Made by a program: the position numbers and the translations under genes. A model generated the notes under the pieces. It saw only the letters and a program-made list of their open reading frames with translations, was not told the origin of the DNA and did no database searches. A DNA stretch of 64,000 nucleotides from Vicinamibacteria bacterium (GTDB lineage: Bacteria; Acidobacteriota; Vicinamibacteria; Marinacidobacterales; Marinacidobacteraceae), in assembly GCA_963555995.3 (NCBI GenBank), contig OY821641.1:2976001-3040000 (forward strand). Reading direction: 5' to 3'. This document shows positions 20,044-29,080 of this stretch, in pieces (position 1 is the first letter of the stretch; each line of letters begins with the position of its first letter).

Positions 20044-20331
20044 CTACGCGGGAGGAGCGCGGGCGGGACGGCGCCGGAGGCGCAGGGACACGGCCCGGCG
20101 GGGCGCACGCGCCGGCTCAACGCGGGCGGGCGCCCGGGAAGAGCCGAATTCCGCCGGCCCCGCGAGATCGGCGGTCTGGCGCCCCGCGTGGCAGACGGCG
20201 CACTCGTGGTCGTCCGCGTGCTCTTCGTGCCAGGCGCCCGCGGGAGCGCCGACCAGCAGCGCCAGCGGGATGGCGATCGCCGCCAGCCAGCCGGCGCGCA
20301 GCCACCCGGGGCTGCCTCGTCCGCTACCCAT
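20044..20331 (-). CDS. His-rich CxxCH / RAPP leader peptide (DUF2946/CruR-like), copy 2
   Basis: Hydrophobic segment, WHEEHADDHECAVCH, C-terminal RAPPA-stop. Directly upstream of the TonB receptor. Confidence 0.8.
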   Translation of the reverse strand: MGSGRGSPGWLRAGWLAAIAIPLALLVGAPAGAWHEEHADDHECAVCHAGRQTADLAGPAEFGSSRAPARVEPARAPRRAVSLRLRRRPARAPPA

Positions 20332-20372
20332 GATCGGCTCCAGCTACTACGTCTCGCGAACGGCGGATGCCG

Positions 20373-21611
20373 CTAGTGGAGACCCACGCCCGGATGGTCC
20401 GCCACCCACGTTTCCGGCATGAGGTAACGCCACTCCCCGTCGCGCAGCTCCGGGTGCAGCATCTTGATGATGTCCGCCAGCCGCCAGTCCGGGCGGATGG
20501 CCCCCATCTCCCACAGCTCCCACGCATCCGCGGTGGGATGGCGCTTGCCCTGTTCGTGGAAGACGCAGTCGTCCCGATAGGCCTTGAAGCGCGAGAGCAC
20601 GGCCTCGTCGTCGAAGACCGAGGACAGCGGATCGCGGATCATCCAGCAATCGGCGTCCGTTCCGTCCCGCAGGAGCCGTTCCGTTGAGAGCAGGGAAAAG
20701 GTGTCCAGCTCGGGATCGTCGTCGGCGCCGAGCACGAGTTCCGCGTTGGCGTCGCGAATGAGGGCCGCAATTCCGTTCCGCTGCGTAACCGCCCAGCGAT
20801 TGCCCGAACTCCGGTACCAGGCCCAGAGGACCGACCGGCGGGGCTGCTCCCCGGCGAGAGACTTCAGGCGGTCCACCTCGCGCGCGACCATCTGCACGAA
20901 CGCGTCGGCTTCCGCCTCCTTCCCGGTCAGCAGACCCATCAACCGGATCCAGGCGACGCCGCCCATGTAGTGGGGCTCCGTGTCAACGAAGGTCGGCACG
21001 ACCGGAATGCCGAGCGACTCGACGCGCTCCATGTGCTGGGTGTGGGTGAGGTCGGCCATCTGCGCGACGAGCACGTCCGGTTCGGCCGCCACCAGGGCAT
21101 CGAGCGTCGGCGGCCGGTGCCAGGAATAGCCGATCTGGTGGATCTCACCCGACCGGGTCCGGCGGCGCAGGTCGTCGTCGTAGCTGTTGTGGCCGCCGAC
21201 CGCGACGATCCGGTCCTCGACGCCAAGTGCCCGCAGCATGGCCTCGTGGGGTTCATCGTTGACGGCGATCCGCTGGACGGGCGTCCGGATCAAGGTGGCG
21301 TCCGCCAGGTCTCCCGTCAGGGCGGGCGGCTCCGTCCCCTTCGGGACCAGCACGAGACGGGCGCGTTGCGCCGGCCCCCCCGCCGATCCGCCCCAGGCGA
21401 CGACCGACGCTTCGATGTCAACGATGTGGTAGCCATCGCGTTCGACGACGCTGAAGATCCGGGAGCCGGGCGTTTCGAGCGCCTCGGCTTCCACGGTCTC
21501 CGGGGCGTCGGGCGGGTCCGGCGCGCCCGGCCCGCACGCGACCAGGCAGGCCAGCAGGACAACGGCCGTCGGTATTCGCGACCAACTTCGTTGGAACTCG
21601 CATAAGTCCAT
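20373..21611 (-). CDS. ABC substrate-binding lipoprotein (BtuF/FecB class)
   Basis: LVAC lipobox, TPVQRIAV, RPDWRLADI. Close paralog of 23442-24710. Confidence 0.8.
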   Translation of the reverse strand: MDLCEFQRSWSRIPTAVVLLACLVACGPGAPDPPDAPETVEAEALETPGSRIFSVVERDGYHIVDIEASVVAWGGSAGGPAQRARLVLVPKGTEPPALTGDLADATLIRTPVQRIAVNDEPHEAMLRALGVEDRIVAVGGHNSYDDDLRRRTRSGEIHQIGYSWHRPPTLDALVAAEPDVLVAQMADLTHTQHMERVESLGIPVVPTFVDTEPHYMGGVAWIRLMGLLTGKEAEADAFVQMVAREVDRLKSLAGEQPRRSVLWAWYRSSGNRWAVTQRNGIAALIRDANAELVLGADDDPELDTFSLLSTERLLRDGTDADCWMIRDPLSSVFDDEAVLSRFKAYRDDCVFHEQGKRHPTADAWELWEMGAIRPDWRLADIIKMLHPELRDGEWRYLMPETWVADHPGVGLH

Positions 21612-21653
21612 GATATAAGGTTCCTTATGGGCTAGGCGACGAGGGACGCAACA

Positions 21654-22433
21654 CTAGGCGGAGCCGGACGGTCCGATCTCGAACCGCCCCTGCGAGGGCG
21701 AATACCGGATGCCGTCGGTGTCGAAGGCGCGGCCGACCGCGCCGCTCCGGCTGAGCGCGTCCGGCGCGCCGACCGAAAACCCACCCGCGCCGTCGAGCAG
21801 CCAGACGCCGTCGGCAAGCTGCAGCGACAGGTCGAGGTCGTGGCTCGACAGCAGAATGACCTGCCCCTTCTCCTTCGCCTGGGAACGCAGGAGGGCCATG
21901 ATCTCGACCCGGCTGGGAAGATCCAGAAAGGCCGTGATCTCGTCGAGGATCATGAGACGCGGGGTCTGCGCGAGCGCCCGCGCAACCATGACGCGCTGCC
22001 GCTCTCCGTCGCTGAGACTGTTGAAGTAGCGCCGCCGGAACGGCTCGATGCCCATGACCGCAACCGCGTCGGCGATGGCGGCCCGGTCGCCGTCGTCCAA
22101 CCGGCCCTCCCAGCCCGTGAAGGGCTGCCGGGCGAGCGCGACGACGTCCTCGACGCGCAGACCGGGATTGAACGCCCGCTCGGTCAGCATCACCGCGATC
22201 CGGCGGGCGCGCGTCCCCGGACGCATGGACGCGACGTCCTCGCCGCCGAGCAGGGCGAACCCGCCGAGCGACGGTTGCAGCCCCGCGATCGTGCGCATGA
22301 GGGTGGATTTCCCGGACCCGTTGCGGCCCAGGATGCAGATGAAGTCGCCGGCATCGGCCGACACCTCGATGTCGGACAGGAGCGGGGCGCCCTCGCTGCG
22401 ATACCCGACGGCGAGGGACTTGAGGTCCAGCAT
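21654..22433 (-). CDS. Iron-chelate/cobalamin-type ABC ATP-binding protein
   Basis: Start MLDLKSLAVG; GRNGSGKST, LSDGERQR, LDEITAFLD. Confidence 0.9.
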   Translation of the reverse strand: MLDLKSLAVGYRSEGAPLLSDIEVSADAGDFICILGRNGSGKSTLMRTIAGLQPSLGGFALLGGEDVASMRPGTRARRIAVMLTERAFNPGLRVEDVVALARQPFTGWEGRLDDGDRAAIADAVAVMGIEPFRRRYFNSLSDGERQRVMVARALAQTPRLMILDEITAFLDLPSRVEIMALLRSQAKEKGQVILLSSHDLDLSLQLADGVWLLDGAGGFSVGAPDALSRSGAVGRAFDTDGIRYSPSQGRFEIGPSGSA

Positions 22434-23464
22434 CACCGCCACTGCCTCACGGCCGGTGAAAAGATCAGGATGAGGATCACCACGGGGGCGCCGAGGATCG
22501 CGAGGATGTTGTTCAGGTGCAGGAAGTGCTGCTCCCAGGGCGCGTGCACGATGGCGTCGCCGGCCACGGCCAGCAGGGCGCCGCCGAGCGCGGCGAGGGG
22601 GAGGAGCGGAAGGATCCGCGCCGTGCCCGCGAGCGCCCGGGCGAAGTGGGGCGCAATGAGGCCGACGAAGCTGACCGGGCCGCAGAAGGCAACGACGGGC
22701 GCCACCAGCAGGACCGTCGCCGCCAGCACGGCGTGTCTCAGGGAGGTCACCTTGACCCCAAGACTGCGGGCATAGGTCTCGCCCAGCAGCAGCGAACTGA
22801 GGGGCTTGGCCGTCGCCACGGCCGCTGCGGCGCCGATGACGATCGGCGCCAGGAGCCACGGCAGCGACGCCGGGGCGATCGCCGCGAAGCTCGCATCCTG
22901 CCAGCCGCCATAGACCCGGCCGCCGGCGCGGGCGGCGAAATGGAGGAGGACGCTCGTCAGACCCTGCGAGGTGAACCCGAGCATGAGGCCGATCACGAGC
23001 AGCGTGATGGCGCCCACCCGGCGGCCGAGCGCCAGCATGAAGACCGCCGCCACCGCGACCCCCGCCGCGGCGGCGAGCGTGATGCTCGGGCCTTCGAAGA
23101 TGGTGAGGAAGGACACCGCCGCGGGACCGGCGAAGGCCGCCGCGGTCACGGTGAGCGCAACTCCGAACTGGCCGCCGGCGAGCAGGCCGAGGGACCACGC
23201 GTCGGCGACCGGGTTCCGGAAGAGGGCCTGCATCAGCACCCCCGCCATGCCGAGCGCGCCGCCGGCGATGATCGCGGCGGCCACCCGGGGCAGGCGGATC
23301 TCGAGGACGATCTGGCGGGCCAGGTCGCTCGACTGCATCCCCGTCAGGGCGCCGAGCGTGTCGGCCAGGGGGAGTGCGATCTGGCCGTAGGTCAGCGTCA
23401 GCAGCGAGACCGCGGCGAGCGCGGCGATCAGGGCCGCGCTGCTAGTTCTGACCCGCATCGTCAT
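22433..23464 (-). CDS. FecCD/BtuC-family permease
   Basis: IRLPR, QALFRNPVAD, GETYARSLG and FVGLIAPH motifs. Confidence 0.92.
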   Translation of the reverse strand: MTMRVRTSSAALIAALAAVSLLTLTYGQIALPLADTLGALTGMQSSDLARQIVLEIRLPRVAAAIIAGGALGMAGVLMQALFRNPVADAWSLGLLAGGQFGVALTVTAAAFAGPAAVSFLTIFEGPSITLAAAAGVAVAAVFMLALGRRVGAITLLVIGLMLGFTSQGLTSVLLHFAARAGGRVYGGWQDASFAAIAPASLPWLLAPIVIGAAAAVATAKPLSSLLLGETYARSLGVKVTSLRHAVLAATVLLVAPVVAFCGPVSFVGLIAPHFARALAGTARILPLLPLAALGGALLAVAGDAIVHAPWEQHFLHLNNILAILGAPVVILILIFSPAVRQWR

Positions 23465-24710
23465 AGCTCGCCTTCCAGGTTTCCGGCGCCAGATAGCGGA
23501 ACTCGCCGTCGCGCAGTTCGGGGTGCAGCATCTTCGCGATGTCGCCCAGGAGCCAGTCCGGCCGGATGGTCCCCATCTCCCACATCTCCCACGCGTCGGC
23601 GGCGGGGTTGCGCTTGCCCGGCGCCCAGTACACGCACCCGTCCTGATAGGCCTTGAAGCGGGAAAGCACGGCCCGATCGTCGAACACCGCGGCCAGGGGT
23701 TCCCGGATCATCCAGCAATCGGCGGCCGTCGCATCCCTGAGGAGCCGTTCCGTCGAGAGTTCGGAAAAGGTGTCCAGCTCGGGATCGTCCTCGGCGCCGA
23801 GCACGAGCTCCGCGTTGGCGTCGCGGATGAGGGCCGCGTCGGCGTTTCGTTGTGTCACCGCCCAGCGGTTGCCCGCGCTCCGGTACCAGGACCAGAGCAC
23901 CGACCGGCGCGGCTGCTCCGCGGCGAGCGCCTTCAACAGGTCCACCTCGCGCGCCACCATCTCGACGAATGCCTCGGCTTCGGCCTCCTTCCCGGTCAGG
24001 AGGCCCATCAGCAGCACCCACGCCACCCGGCCCAGGTAATGCGGCTCCGCGTTGATGAAGGTCGGCACGACCGGAATGCCGAGCGCCTCGACGCGCTCGA
24101 TGTGCTGGGTGTGCGTGAGGTCGGCCATGCGCTTGATCAGCACGTCCGGCCGCGCCGCCACCAGCGCGTCGAGCGTCGGCGGCATGTGCCAGCCGTAGCC
24201 GATCTGCTGGATCTCGCCGGACCGGGCCTTCTCGCGCAACTCGTCGTCGTAACTTCGGTGCCCGCCGACCGCGACGATCCGGTCCTTGACCCCGAGGGCG
24301 CGGAGCATGGCCTCGTGGGGCTGGTCGTTGACGGCGATCCGCTGGACGGGCGTACGGATCAGCGTGGCCCCCGCGAGATCTCCCGTCAGGGGCGGCGGCT
24401 CCTGACTCCGCGGGACCAGCACGAGGCGGGAGCGTTGCGCCGGCCCGCCCGCTGATCCGCCCCAGGCGACGAGCGACGCCTCGATGTCCACGACGCGGTA
24501 GCCGTCCCGTTCGACGGCGCGGAAAGTCTCCGTCCAGGGCACCTCGAGCGCCTCGCCTTCCAGAGGTCCCGGATCGTCGGGCACGCCGGACCCGCACGCG
24601 GCCAGGCCGAGGAGCAGAACGAGGACCGCCGGACGAGACGGCGTCCGGCAGCGCCGCATCGCCAGGAACCAGCGCGCGGAACTGCCCCGCGGCGTCGCCT
24701 CGGGCTCCAT
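23442..24710 (-). CDS. ABC substrate-binding lipoprotein (BtuF/FecB class)
   Basis: LAAC lipobox; paralog of 20373-21611. The start could be the downstream ATG (MRRCRT). Confidence 0.8.
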   Translation of the reverse strand: MEPEATPRGSSARWFLAMRRCRTPSRPAVLVLLLGLAACGSGVPDDPGPLEGEALEVPWTETFRAVERDGYRVVDIEASLVAWGGSAGGPAQRSRLVLVPRSQEPPPLTGDLAGATLIRTPVQRIAVNDQPHEAMLRALGVKDRIVAVGGHRSYDDELREKARSGEIQQIGYGWHMPPTLDALVAARPDVLIKRMADLTHTQHIERVEALGIPVVPTFINAEPHYLGRVAWVLLMGLLTGKEAEAEAFVEMVAREVDLLKALAAEQPRRSVLWSWYRSAGNRWAVTQRNADAALIRDANAELVLGAEDDPELDTFSELSTERLLRDATAADCWMIREPLAAVFDDRAVLSRFKAYQDGCVYWAPGKRNPAADAWEMWEMGTIRPDWLLGDIAKMLHPELRDGEFRYLAPETWKASYDDAGQN

Positions 24711-24716
24711 CGTGGT

Positions 24717-25196
24717 TTACGGGCTCCTGAGGAAGCGGCTCCGTCCTTGCTGCCGGGGACCGGATGGTGGGAGTGGCTGGTCCGCAGTCTCCTCGTCGTC
24801 GCATGCCGGGCACGCGCCGGCCTGGCAGATGCGGGCGCTCCACACCAGAGCGCCGGCGAGGGTCAGGCTGCCGGTCGCCGACGTCACGGTCTCCGGCAGG
24901 GGCTCGAACCAACCGGCGAGGGAAGCTCCCCAGAGCACGGCCCCACCCAGGAACGTGAGGACCGGCGCCGCGTTCCTGCGGGCCGGTCCCATGAGGAGCA
25001 TCACCGCACCAAGAAGGACGGTCCCCGCCCAGAGGGCTCGCTCGGCGCCTTCGGAGAGCGCCAGCGCCGGCGCCGCTACGGCCAGGAACGGGGTGAGCGC
25101 GCAGTGCGCGGCGCACCAGGTCGCGGCGCACGCCGCCAGTCGCGATCCCGAAACCAGGACCGTGCTCGACGGGATGGTGGCGAGCGAGACCTTCAT
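24717..25196 (-). CDS. MerC-like membrane protein
   Basis: CAATWCAAHC..TP motif, four TM segments, Cys-rich tail CQAGACPAC. Confidence 0.7.
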   Translation of the reverse strand: MKVSLATIPSSTVLVSGSRLAACAATWCAAHCALTPFLAVAAPALALSEGAERALWAGTVLLGAVMLLMGPARRNAAPVLTFLGGAVLWGASLAGWFEPLPETVTSATGSLTLAGALVWSARICQAGACPACDDEETADQPLPPSGPRQQGRSRFLRSP

Positions 25197-25285
25197 GGTG
25201 ACGGATCCTCGGACCCGGCCTCGCGGATGGGAACGGATGGAGCCCCGCTGGTGGCGGGACTCTCCAGGACTGCCTGGATCGGCAT
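25193..25285 (-). CDS. 30-aa relay ORF, homologous to the N-terminus of the ABC ATPase at 12410-13198
   Basis: Manual translation MPIQAVLESPATSGAPSVPIREAGSEDPSP* versus MSTQAVLETPATGEAPPIPLREAEFEDP. GGAG RBS retained. Its TGA overlaps the MerC-like ATG (ATGA). Confidence 0.55.
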   Translation of the reverse strand: MPIQAVLESPATSGAPSVPIREAGSEDPSP

Positions 25286-25393
25286 GGGGACTCTCTCCTC
25301 CCGGATGAGGAAACGCCGGCGCACCGAAGCGGGCGCGGGCGCGACGACAGGATGCAGCAGCCGGCTCAGCGGCCGGCTACGGATGCGCGAGAG

Positions 25394-25663
25394 TCAGGCG
25401 GGGGGCGCCCGGGAGCCGCCCCCCGTGGGCGTCATCCCGTGAACGTGCACAGCAGTAACCGGAAGGTCGGCGGAGCGGACGGCCGGATCCGGGTTCGCCG
25501 GGAGGCCGGACGCGATGGCGGGCTCGTCCTGGGCGTGACAGAGGACGCAATGCTCCCCGTGCCCCTCGACCTCGTCGTGCGGATGAGGGACGACGCCGAG
25601 GGCCAGCAGCGCGAGCGCCGCGAGGGCGGCCCACGGAAGGACCCTGCGCACGTTCGGTCTCAT
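25394..25663 (-). CDS. His-rich CxxCH / RAPP leader peptide (DUF2946/CruR-like), copy 3
   Basis: MRPNVRRVLPW...HPHDEVEGHGEHCVLCH...GGGSRAPPA*; close paralog of 13304-13573. Confidence 0.8.
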   Translation of the reverse strand: MRPNVRRVLPWAALAALALLALGVVPHPHDEVEGHGEHCVLCHAQDEPAIASGLPANPDPAVRSADLPVTAVHVHGMTPTGGGSRAPPA

Positions 25664-25670
25664 CGCGCGG

Positions 25671-25699
25671 ATTCTTGGCGGTTCCGGCGGAAGCGTCAA
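25671..25699 (-). promoter_or_regulatory. Putative sigma70 promoter for leader ORF 3 (probably leaderless mRNA)
   Basis: TTGACG-17 nt-AAGAAT-7 nt-ATG. Homology with copy 1 ends just upstream of the -35 box. Confidence 0.55.
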
Positions 25700-25807
25700 G
25701 TGGGGTCGGGGGTCGGCGTGCGTCGCGCCGTCCTTCGTGGGCGTCCGGGCGGACGAGCGCGCGGCTCGCCGGTCGACCGATCTCCGGCGGTTGCGTAGGC
25801 TGATTTC

Positions 25808-26035
25808 GTGACGCATCTGGACCGGATCACCATCGAGCCCGGAAAACGCGGCGGGAAGCCCTGCATCCGGGGTCTCCGCATGACGGTCGCAGACGTGCTC
25901 GCCTACCTCGCGTCCGGCATGTCGGAGGAGGATCTGCTCCGGGACTTCCCCGACCTGACCCGCGAAGACATCCGGGCCGGCCTCGCATTCGCGGCGGATC
26001 GCGAACGGCGACTCGTCGCGGTCGTCGGAAGGTGA
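25808..26035 (+). CDS. DUF433 family antitoxin
   Basis: RITIEPGKRGGKPCIRGLR...DFPDLTREDI signature. Confidence 0.9.
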   Translation: MTHLDRITIEPGKRGGKPCIRGLRMTVADVLAYLASGMSEEDLLRDFPDLTREDIRAGLAFAADRERRLVAVVGR

Positions 26036-26388
26036 GGCTGCTCCTTGATCAGAATCTCTCGCACCGGCCTTGCGACCACCTGAGCGACATCTGGACTGAC
26101 GTCGTTCACGTTCGGACCGTCGGCCTGTCGGCCGCGGACGACGCCGTCATCTGGGACCACGCCCGGCGGCATGGTTTCACCATCGTGTCGAAGGACAGCG
26201 AATTCAACGGGCTTTCCTCGCTGTTCGGCGCGCCGCCCAAGGTCATCTGGCTGACGCTCGGCAACTGTTCGACCGCGGAAACCGAGCGGTGCCTCAGGGA
26301 CCGCCGCGAGGAAATCGAGATGTTCGTTTCCGAGCCCGACACGGCGCTGCTCCTGATCGGACCGGGCCGTGGCGCCGGCGGGTCGTAG
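26032..26388 (+). CDS. DUF5615 PIN-like toxin
   Basis: LLLDQNLS, D..IW, IVSKDSEF and PPKVIWL..GN motifs; GTGA overlap with the antitoxin. Confidence 0.88.
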   Translation: MRLLLDQNLSHRPCDHLSDIWTDVVHVRTVGLSAADDAVIWDHARRHGFTIVSKDSEFNGLSSLFGAPPKVIWLTLGNCSTAETERCLRDRREEIEMFVSEPDTALLLIGPGRGAGGS

Positions 26389-26452
26389 CGAGGCTCGCGA
26401 AGCCGGACCCGAGCGTCGGAGAGCTCAGACATCGGCCGTAAGCCGCGCCGGC

Positions 26453-27883
26453 TCATCTCGGAACGCGCGTCGCCCTGAGGGTCCCGAGCGCCAGTTCCAC
26501 CCCGTCAGCCTCCCACGAAAACCGTAATTCGCGTCCATCCTGCACGTCGAAGAACGTCGCGTCGCCCGACGGCCACAGCACCGACCGCTCGCCCCGCCAG
26601 GTCAGCGCCAGCCCCCGCTCCTCCAGCTCGACCTCGATTTCGCTCTCGGCGACGGCGTACGTCCCCACGTAGCGCTCCCGGACGTCCGCCGGCAGCTCGA
26701 CCGGCACCCTCTCCGCGGGCCGGGGTCCGGACCACCCGTACGCGTCCGCCACCGTCATGGCGATCTCGTTCGCCAGGAGGGAGCCCGCGTCCGAGTTCGT
26801 CATCACGAAGACGCCGTCGTCCCCGGCGATGGCCGCCGCGAAGGTGGAACGGAAGCCCTGGTTCGAGCCCCCGTGCCGGAAACGCTCGCCGTCCTCGGAG
26901 ATCCCGGGGCCCAGACCCCAGTCGTCCTGGTCCGGCGTCAGCATCTCCCGGGCGAGCACTCCGTCAAGCACCTGCGTCGAATCGCCCCGCCACGCCCGCT
27001 GCACTTCGCGGGCATAGAGGGCGAGTTCGCTGGGGGTCGTCCACAGCCCGGCCGCCGCCTGCTCCGGGTAGGTGTGCCAGCCGCCCGGAACGGGGGTCCC
27101 GTCGCGGCGGTAGCCGGTCGCGATGTCGTCGTGCCGGTCCGGTGGAATCGGTTGCTCGTACGTCGAGCGGACCATGCCGACCGGATCCAGCACGCGGCGG
27201 CGCATGACCTCGGGGAACGGGGCACCGTGGACGTCCGCGACCAGTTGCTGCATCACGGTGTAACCGCCGCCGGAGTACTGCCAGCGCTCACCCGGCGGCA
27301 GCACGACGCGCACGGGACCGGTGTTGCCCTGGCCATCGAGCACCCCGGCGGTATCCGGGACCGCTTCGGCCGGTCCATAGCCCGGGAATCCCGAGACGCT
27401 GAGTCCCGCACGGTGGGTCAGGAGGCCCCGGAGCGTCACGGGAGCCTCGGTGGTGAACGCGTTCGCCGGCACGCGCCAACCCGTGAGGTAGCGGTTGACG
27501 TCGCCGTCCAGCGCGACGCGGCCCTCCTGCACGAGCTGCAGCGCCGCGAGCGCGGCCACCGGCTTGGAGATGGACGCGGCCTGGAAGAGGGTGCTCGTGG
27601 TGACCTGCCGTCCCGCTTCGAGGTTGGCGAAACCGTAGCCGCGCGCCCACGCGAGCTCGCCGTCGAGGAGCACGGCGACGCTGACCCCCGGCACGCCCAG
27701 CGCTTCCATGCGGTCGGCGAGGGACGTGCGGGGCGTGGGCTCGCCGCGGATGACGAAGGTCGGGAGCAGCGCCGACTCGACCTCGGCGGGGGGTGCGCCA
27801 GGGGCAGGTGCGCCGGGCGGGGGCTGGCCGCAGGCGGCCAGCAAGGCGAGGGCGAGGATGAGGAACGGCCGGTGGATCTTCAT
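26453..27883 (-). CDS. Serine hydrolase, beta-lactamase class C-like lipoprotein
   Basis: LAAC lipobox; SISK (SxxK), LLTH, YSG and HGG motifs. Confidence 0.9.
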   Translation of the reverse strand: MKIHRPFLILALALLAACGQPPPGAPAPGAPPAEVESALLPTFVIRGEPTPRTSLADRMEALGVPGVSVAVLLDGELAWARGYGFANLEAGRQVTTSTLFQAASISKPVAALAALQLVQEGRVALDGDVNRYLTGWRVPANAFTTEAPVTLRGLLTHRAGLSVSGFPGYGPAEAVPDTAGVLDGQGNTGPVRVVLPPGERWQYSGGGYTVMQQLVADVHGAPFPEVMRRRVLDPVGMVRSTYEQPIPPDRHDDIATGYRRDGTPVPGGWHTYPEQAAAGLWTTPSELALYAREVQRAWRGDSTQVLDGVLAREMLTPDQDDWGLGPGISEDGERFRHGGSNQGFRSTFAAAIAGDDGVFVMTNSDAGSLLANEIAMTVADAYGWSGPRPAERVPVELPADVRERYVGTYAVAESEIEVELEERGLALTWRGERSVLWPSGDATFFDVQDGRELRFSWEADGVELALGTLRATRVPR

Positions 27884-28184
27884 GGCGGGAACCAGGGCGC
27901 CACGCGAACACCCTTGAGCCTGAAGCCAGCGCCTCCGCTTTGTCAATTCCTCCATCCGATCATCAAAGTGACACGGTCGGCCCCCGGCCAGGAACGGCAT
28001 CTCTCCGGGGCGATGTTACGCGCGCCGCACGAACGTCCGGAGCACCGACACCACTCCCTCCGGATAAACGTCGACGAGCCTACGGCGCTTCTCGAGGCCG
28101 ATGACCTGGAGCGCTACGAAAGGGCGAGATAGCCGGCGCTACTCCGGTGGAATCGCACGACACGCACGCTGGATGTTCCGGCGG

Positions 28185-28277
28185 CGGAGAGGGTGGGATT
28201 CGAACCCACGTGCCCGGCTCTTCACCGGACAAAGCGCTTTCGAGGCGCCCCCGTTACGGCCACTTCGGTACCTCTCC
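28185..28277 (-). tRNA. tRNA-Ser(CGA)
   Basis: GGAGAGG...CCTCTCC-G acceptor stem, anticodon arm GGCGC-CTCGAAA-GCGCT, long variable arm, GGTTCGAATCC T-loop. CCA not encoded. Confidence 0.95.
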
Positions 28278-28324
28278 GGGCCTGGTTGGAACATGCGCTG
28301 GGAGCCGGCGGCGGCGGTCGCCCG

Positions 28325-28792
28325 CTACCTCCGTTCGCGGAAGAACTTCTGCAGCAGCTCGCGTCCCTCGCCGGCCAGGACTCCCGAGACCACCGTGAGG
28401 TGGTGCGGTAACCCGAGACCGTCCAGCGCGAGCTTCGATTCTACTCCACCGAATTTGGGTTCCGGCGGGCCGTACACCAGACGCCGGATGCGGGCGTGGG
28501 CGATGGCCCCGGCGCACATGAGGCAGGGTTCGACGGTGGCGTAGAGGTCGCAACCGGTGAGCCGGTAGTTCCCGAGCCGGTCTGCGGCGGCGCGGAGGGC
28601 GAGGACCTCGGCGTGGGCGGTGGGGTCGCCGGTCTCGAGGACGCGGTTCCGGGCGGCGGCGAGGATCTGGCCGTCCTTTGCCACGACCGCGCCGACGGGG
28701 ACTTCACCGGCGCGGGCCGCGGCCTCCGCTTCGGCCAGGGCGGCGCGCATGAGGGTGAGGTCGGCCGGGGCCGGCTTCCCGTCGTCGGTCAC
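28325..28792 (-). CDS. tadA: tRNA adenosine(34) deaminase
   Basis: GEVPVGAV, HAE, EPCLMCAGAI, FFRERR. This is the real 3' part of the long antisense ORF 28325-32791. Confidence 0.93.
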   Translation of the reverse strand: MTDDGKPAPADLTLMRAALAEAEAAARAGEVPVGAVVAKDGQILAAARNRVLETGDPTAHAEVLALRAAADRLGNYRLTGCDLYATVEPCLMCAGAIAHARIRRLVYGPPEPKFGGVESKLALDGLGLPHHLTVVSGVLAGEGRELLQKFFRERR

Positions 28793-29080
28793 GCTGGCAT
28801 CGTAGTGGTCGGAGCGATCACGCAGGTCGGCGGTGCGCGGTCCGCGGGCCTGCGGCCCGCTGTGCCGGCTGAAGCCGGCGTGCCAAGCCGCACGCGTCGT
28901 GAGGACAGGTAGCGTTGTGACGTGCGCGGCGCGGAGCGCCGCGCGTGCCGGCTGAAGCCGGCGTGCCAACCCGTCGGCGCGCTCCTGCGCCAGCGGCCCT
29001 TCGCGATTCCGCCCGCCTGCGGCGGGCTGTGCCGGTCTGAAGACCGGCGCTCCCGAGGCCGTTCCTGTACTCTCGGAGAC

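Noticed and set aside
27900-28180. Possible small gene remnant between the hydrolase and the tRNA
   Set aside because: No recognisable motif or credible start.
28185-28277. tRNA-Ser as the integration site of the metal-uptake cluster
   Set aside because: No duplicated tRNA 3' end and no integrase found in the window.
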